A stretch of 64,000 nt of DNA from an uncultured Gemmatimonadales bacterium (GTDB lineage Bacteria; Gemmatimonadota; Gemmatimonadetes; Gemmatimonadales; Gemmatimonadaceae), in contig OY969695.1 in the NCBI GenBank assembly GCA_963701965.1, forward strand, positions 2,016,001 to 2,080,000. Direction: 5' to 3'. A program made the translations under genes and the position numbers. Positions 59,949 to 64,000 of this stretch are shown piece after piece. Position 1 is the first letter of the stretch. Every line of letters begins with the position of its first letter. A model generated the notes under the pieces. The model made no database searches. It saw only the letters and a program-made list of their open reading frames with translations, and was not told the origin of the DNA.

Positions 59949-60842
59949 ATGGCGCGCCGCGATCGGGGGGACTTGGGGCTGGGATTGGCCGTGCTGGCGG
60001 CGGCCGCCATCGCCATCGGGGCCACCATCTGGCTGTCGGCGCCGTTGCGGCATGACAGCGGTCAAGGGCCGCTGTATGCGGACTTCGCGCAGCTCGACGG
60101 GCTGGGTGTTCAGGCGCCGGTCATCATCCAAGGCTTCAGGATCGGGTCGGTGGATGCGATTTCGCCGCATGACGCCGGGCGGCGGGGCGGACAGCTTCGG
60201 TTCCGCGTGCGCATGACGGTGCAGTGGCAGTTGGCGGACAGCACGCGGTTGCCGCTCAAGGAGGGCACGCGGGCGATCATCCAGTCGGCGCTCGTGGGAT
60301 CGCCATCCATCGTGCTGGTGTCGCCTCCCGGTCGCGCCGGACGGTTGGGGCCCGGCGCCGTCATCGAGGGCGTGGTGGAAACGTCGCCGGTCACGCGCGT
60401 GCTGGCGCTGGCCGACAGCATCAGCGCGGAGTTGAGCACGACACTGGTCAAAACGCGCGCGGCGTTCGACTCGCTCGGCGTCGTGGCTGGCGTCGCGGCG
60501 CGCGGCGTGCGCACGACGGACGCGGCGATCCCCGGCCTCGTCAGTGGCGTCGCCCGCGACGTCGCGTCGCTGGACAGCGCCATCAGTGGCCTCCGCGGTC
60601 TCATGAGCTCCACGCAGTCGACCACCGACTCGGCACAAGCCGTCCTCGGCGAGACCCGCCGCGCGGTCGCCGGGCTCTCGCAATCGGTGAACCGCCATGA
60701 CGCCGAGATCGCGCACATCATCGCCAATCTCGATACCACGTCGGCGCTGCTGCAGGACTTCGTCCGGCAAGTCGAGGCCAAACCCACCCGCCTACTCACG
60801 GGCGTCAAACCGGCGCCCCAGTATCAGAGACCGCTGCACTAG
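59949..60842 (+). CDS. mlaD: MlaD/MCE family protein
   Basis: N-terminal TM, GLGVQAPVIIQGFRIGSV, and a helical C-terminus ending in KPTRLL. Confidence 0.85.
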   Translation: MARRDRGDLGLGLAVLAAAAIAIGATIWLSAPLRHDSGQGPLYADFAQLDGLGVQAPVIIQGFRIGSVDAISPHDAGRRGGQLRFRVRMTVQWQLADSTRLPLKEGTRAIIQSALVGSPSIVLVSPPGRAGRLGPGAVIEGVVETSPVTRVLALADSISAELSTTLVKTRAAFDSLGVVAGVAARGVRTTDAAIPGLVSGVARDVASLDSAISGLRGLMSSTQSTTDSAQAVLGETRRAVAGLSQSVNRHDAEIAHIIANLDTTSALLQDFVRQVEAKPTRLLTGVKPAPQYQRPLH

Positions 60843-60992
60843 GCGTTGCTTCGCAACGCCGGTGCAGCCAGTTGGTTTGAAAACGCGGCGGCCGAGCCGC
60901 GCTGAGACGCGTTGCTTCGCAACGCCAGTGCAACCCGTTGGTTTGAAAACGCGGCGGCCGAGCCGCGCTGAGATGCGTTGCTTCGCAGCGCC
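60843..60992. repeat. Tandem 66-bp palindromic repeat (about 2.3 copies), REP/BIME-like, between convergent genes
   Basis: Units start at 60843, 60909 and 60975. Hairpins are GCGTTGC-TTC-GCAACGC and CGCGGC-GGCCGA-GCCGCG. Confidence 0.85.
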
Positions 60993-61396
60993 TAACGCGG
61001 CGCGATTACCGTTTCCTGGGCCCCGACCGCCTGCCAGCGATCCTCGCGGCAGGCGAAGACGTCCGTGAACACCGTTCGGCGAGTCGGGACGCCGGAGGCG
61101 TCGGTCGCCAGCACGATCCCCGTGGCGATCGCGACGCCGGAGACGACCCGGACGTGGAGCTGCTCAAAACGCGTTTGCCGACCGGGTGACGGCGGGTGCG
61201 CCGCGATGTAGTCAATGTGCTCGGCCTTGGTGATGAACTGGCCGCTGCCGAGCGTGTGGACGAAGTCCGGCGCCAGGATCTCGTCGAGCGCCGCAGGGTC
61301 CGACTCGTTGGCGAGCCACGCGTGCTCGACGTCCACGGCACTCGCGCTGTCACACGCGGAGAGGCGCAGCAGGGCGGCCAACGCCAGCGCGAGCAC
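60992..61396 (-). CDS. NTF2-like (DUF4440) secreted protein
   Basis: LDEILAPDFV, VAIATG, FTDVF..RWQAV. Confidence 0.82.
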   Translation of the reverse strand: MLALALAALLRLSACDSASAVDVEHAWLANESDPAALDEILAPDFVHTLGSGQFITKAEHIDYIAAHPPSPGRQTRFEQLHVRVVSGVAIATGIVLATDASGVPTRRTVFTDVFACREDRWQAVGAQETVIAPR

Positions 61397-61398
61397 GC

Positions 61399-61731
61399 CT
61401 ACGCGCCTCGCTCGACGAGCACCGCGGTGCCGTAGCAGAGGACCTCGCTGGCGCCATCCGCGATCTCGGTCGCGTCATACCGCACGCCAATGATGGCATT
61501 CGCGCCCAGGTGATCGGCGTGCCCGCACATGATCTCGAACGCTTCAATGCGCGCATGCTCGCACAGCCGGGTCCACGCTGTGATGTTCCCACCGACCAGC
61601 ATCTGGAACTTGGCCCCGATGTTCCCGAAGACCGACCGTGACCGCACCGTCACGCCGCGGACGACGCCAAGCGTGCGTGTCGTGCGATAGCCGTCGATCG
61701 TGAACGTGGTCGTCGTCATGTTCGCTTCCAT
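61399..61731 (-). CDS. YbjQ (UPF0145) family protein
   Basis: LGVVRG, GANAIIGVRYD and LCYGTAV. Confidence 0.92.
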   Translation of the reverse strand: MEANMTTTTFTIDGYRTTRTLGVVRGVTVRSRSVFGNIGAKFQMLVGGNITAWTRLCEHARIEAFEIMCGHADHLGANAIIGVRYDATEIADGASEVLCYGTAVLVERGA

Positions 61732-62285
61732 CACAACCTCCGAGTCATGCGGGCCAGTGGCAGGTTCACGCCGTCGGGCAACGTGATGGAGAAGCGCTCG
61801 GTCACCGTGAACCCGAGCACGGCATACAATGGCTCACCAGGCAGGGTCGCCGCCAGTTCCATGCGCGAGAACCCCGCCGCCCGCGCCGCCGCCTGGCATT
61901 CGGCGAACAACAGCCGGCCGAGCCCGCGCCGCGCGTCGTCCGGGTGCACGAAGAACGCCCGGATGCGTGCCGCCTCCGTCTGCGGATCCAGCAAGGGGTC
62001 CGGGCCGTGCTTGGTCTGGTCCCCGCCGAACAACGTGCGGCGTCGGCTCCACCCACCGGCGGCCGCGATCCGCCCCGCGGCGTCCACGATGACATAGTAC
62101 GTGCCGTCGTGAATCAACTGCGTGTCGACGCCGAACACATGTTCGAGCGCGCTCTCGATCTGCGCGGAGTTGTACACCCCGAGACTCAACCCGCGCACGG
62201 ACGCGGTAATCAGCGTGTGCAGCTCCGGCACGTCGTCAATGATCGCCGGCCGCGGCGCGTATAGCTTTCGATCTACATCACTCAT
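61731..62285 (-). CDS. GNAT family N-acetyltransferase
   Basis: GVDTQLI, IRAFFVHPDDARRGLG and ATLPGEPLY. Confidence 0.9.
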   Translation of the reverse strand: MSDVDRKLYAPRPAIIDDVPELHTLITASVRGLSLGVYNSAQIESALEHVFGVDTQLIHDGTYYVIVDAAGRIAAAGGWSRRRTLFGGDQTKHGPDPLLDPQTEAARIRAFFVHPDDARRGLGRLLFAECQAAARAAGFSRMELAATLPGEPLYAVLGFTVTERFSITLPDGVNLPLARMTRRL

Positions 62286-62303
62286 AACGCCGAGAGGGGC
62301 ATC

Positions 62304-62684
62304 GTGGCTTTGAAGACGACCGCAACGTTCTATCGCTGGGACGACATGCCAAAAGAGGCGCTGAACGAAAAGCTCGCACGGCGGCTCATCACCGGCGACA
62401 AGATGATGTTGGCCCACGTGTATCTGGATAAAGGATGCATCGTGCCCCGCCACCATCACCATAACGAGCAGCTGACCTACATCCTCAAGGGCGCCCTCAA
62501 GTTCTCGCTCGGCGAGAAGGGCGAGGAAGAAATCATCGTCCGGGCCGGCGAGGTCCTCCACCTGCCGTCGAACCTCCCCCACGAAGCGCTGGCCCTCGAG
62601 GATACGCTCGACGTCAATGTCTTCTCGCCACCCCGCGAAGACTGGCTCAACGGGACCGACGCCTATCTGCGGAACAAGCGCTGA
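62304..62684 (+). CDS. Cupin domain protein
   Basis: VPRHHHHNEQ, PSNLPH and FSPPREDW. Confidence 0.9.
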   Translation: MALKTTATFYRWDDMPKEALNEKLARRLITGDKMMLAHVYLDKGCIVPRHHHHNEQLTYILKGALKFSLGEKGEEEIIVRAGEVLHLPSNLPHEALALEDTLDVNVFSPPREDWLNGTDAYLRNKR

Positions 62685-62764
62685 ACAACGCGACCCGGCT
62701 GCCGTGGCGGCTTGTCCGCCACGCATCCAACAAACGACGATCTGTAGGCGACGCGGAGCGTCGC

Positions 62765-63556
62765 CTACAAGATCGTCCCTATTTGTCCGCCGTCGACTTG
62801 GAGCGCGGTGCCCGTGACGAAACTGGCGCGCTCCGAGGCGAGAAACGCCACCACTCCCGCCATCTCGTCCGGCCGCCCTGAGCGGCCGAGCGGGATGCCC
62901 GCGGTGCGCTGGAGCAGCATGGCATCGACGGTGGCCCCCTCCCGCTCCGCGCGCATGCGCGCCAACTCCATGGCCCGCGCCGTATCGAAGTGCCCGGGCA
63001 GCACCGTGTTGACGAGCACACCGTCCTTGGCGACCTCGTTCGCCAGCGACTTGGCGAAACCGAGCAACCCGGCCCGCGCCGTGTTGGAGAGGATGAGGCC
63101 GGCGACCGGCTGCTTGGCGGCCATCGACGTCAGGAAGATCACCCGCCCCCATTTGCGCGCCCGCATGCCCGGCACGCATGCGTGGGCCAGCCGGATCGAA
63201 CCCAGGAGGTTGAGCTCAATGGCGGCGCGGTAGTGATCCTCCGTCGTTGTGGCAAATAACGTGGACGGCGGGCCACCCGCGTTGGCGACGAGGATGTCGA
63301 TCGGTCCCAACGCCGCTTCCGCCTCGCGCACCACGCGTTCGGCGTCGCCGCTCTGCGTGACGTCGCCGGCAATGGCGACGGCGCGGCCGGGCGTAGTGGC
63401 CGCGATGTCGGCGGCGACGCGCGCCAGCTCGCCGGCGCGCCGGGCGACGAGCGCGACCCGCGCGCCCTCCGCCGCCAATTCCCGGGCGATCGCCGCGCCG
63501 AGTCCCGAGGATGCGCCGGCAACCAGCGCGACTTTCGTGTCGAGTCCGAGGTGCAT
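62765..63556 (-). CDS. SDR family oxidoreductase
   Basis: GASSGLG, ANAGGPP, SNTARAG, VNTVLPG and VDGG. Confidence 0.92.
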   Translation of the reverse strand: MHLGLDTKVALVAGASSGLGAAIARELAAEGARVALVARRAGELARVAADIAATTPGRAVAIAGDVTQSGDAERVVREAEAALGPIDILVANAGGPPSTLFATTTEDHYRAAIELNLLGSIRLAHACVPGMRARKWGRVIFLTSMAAKQPVAGLILSNTARAGLLGFAKSLANEVAKDGVLVNTVLPGHFDTARAMELARMRAEREGATVDAMLLQRTAGIPLGRSGRPDEMAGVVAFLASERASFVTGTALQVDGGQIGTIL

Positions 63557-63600
63557 GATTGGAGGAATAACGCACCTCGGATTCGACACGGCAACGGGCG

Positions 63601-64000
63601 TCAAGTCGTTTGCTTGGCCAGCAAGTTCTGCGCGGCGATCATGTGGGCCTGAAACGCCGGCGCCACTTTGACACACAGCGCCTTGAGGTCGGCGTTCTGG
63701 GTCGCCGGGATCAGCGTGTTCGTCATGGCGTCGATCACCGCTCTGTGGTACGCGACCTCGTTCTCCAGATACGCGCGGTCGAATTCCTTGCCGGACAGGC
63801 CTTGCAGCTTCTTCATCGCGTCGGCGTGCGACTGCGCCAGCGCGAAATCCTTGGGCGGCGTGGGCGTCACGTTCAGCTTCTTGGCCAAATCCCGTCCCTG
63901 CTGCCGCACCTGGGTGTGGTCGTGCGTGAACATCTGGGCCAGGTTCACGACCTCTTTGTCCTGGGACTTCTTGGCGGCGAGGCCGGACGCCTCAATGTCG
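63601..64000 (-). CDS. DUF4142 (ferritin-like) protein; 5' end outside the window
   Basis: MFTHDH, GKEFDRAYLENEVAYH and LIPATQNADLK. Confidence 0.85.
   Translation of the reverse strand, partial: DIEASGLAAKKSQDKEVVNLAQMFTHDHTQVRQQGRDLAKKLNVTPTPPKDFALAQSHADAMKKLQGLSGKEFDRAYLENEVAYHRAVIDAMTNTLIPATQNADLKALCVKVAPAFQAHMIAAQNLLAKQTT

Noticed and set aside
60843..60992. Possible CRISPR array (about 66-bp period, palindromic, contains TTGAAAAC)
   Set aside because: The would-be spacers are nearly identical, there are only about 2.3 units, and no cas genes are in the window.
1..64000. Prophage, integrase, transposase, defence system, rRNA or tRNA
   Set aside because: No recognisable motifs or structures were found on either strand by eye.

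Overview
This is a GC-rich (about 70% by eye), densely coding bacterial chromosomal window with about 65 genes. The gene mix suggests Gemmatimonadota (inference): PadR plus ADOP-type permease, a SusC/SusD pair in a high-GC genome, a BTAD regulator, a TPR-HD-GYP protein and several LytS/LytTR pairs. It carries a copper locus (copZ-copA-csoR with a clear operator), two ClC-CBS proteins, an RND pump, an MlaE/F/D-like operon, oxidoreductases and many regulators. I found no rRNA, tRNA, CRISPR array, integrase or transposase, and no confidently novel multi-gene system. The most unusual signals are: (1) recurrent CAATG/CATTG at positions where family consensus implies CGATG/CATCG, changing conserved residues (D>N, R>W), which points to cytosine methylation or a base-calling artefact; (2) phased direct-repeat operators matching LytTR (21-bp period) and SARP (11-bp period) geometry; (3) a 21-bp hairpin burying an SDR start codon; (4) a LytS/LytTR pair apparently decayed by two deletions at CGCCATGG; (5) an orphan SpsF-like/methyltransferase fusion; (6) a degenerate MlaF ATPase; (7) a heavily frameshifted SusC/SusD region; and (8) a 66-bp palindromic tandem repeat. 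Family assignments come from motif recognition, not database searches.
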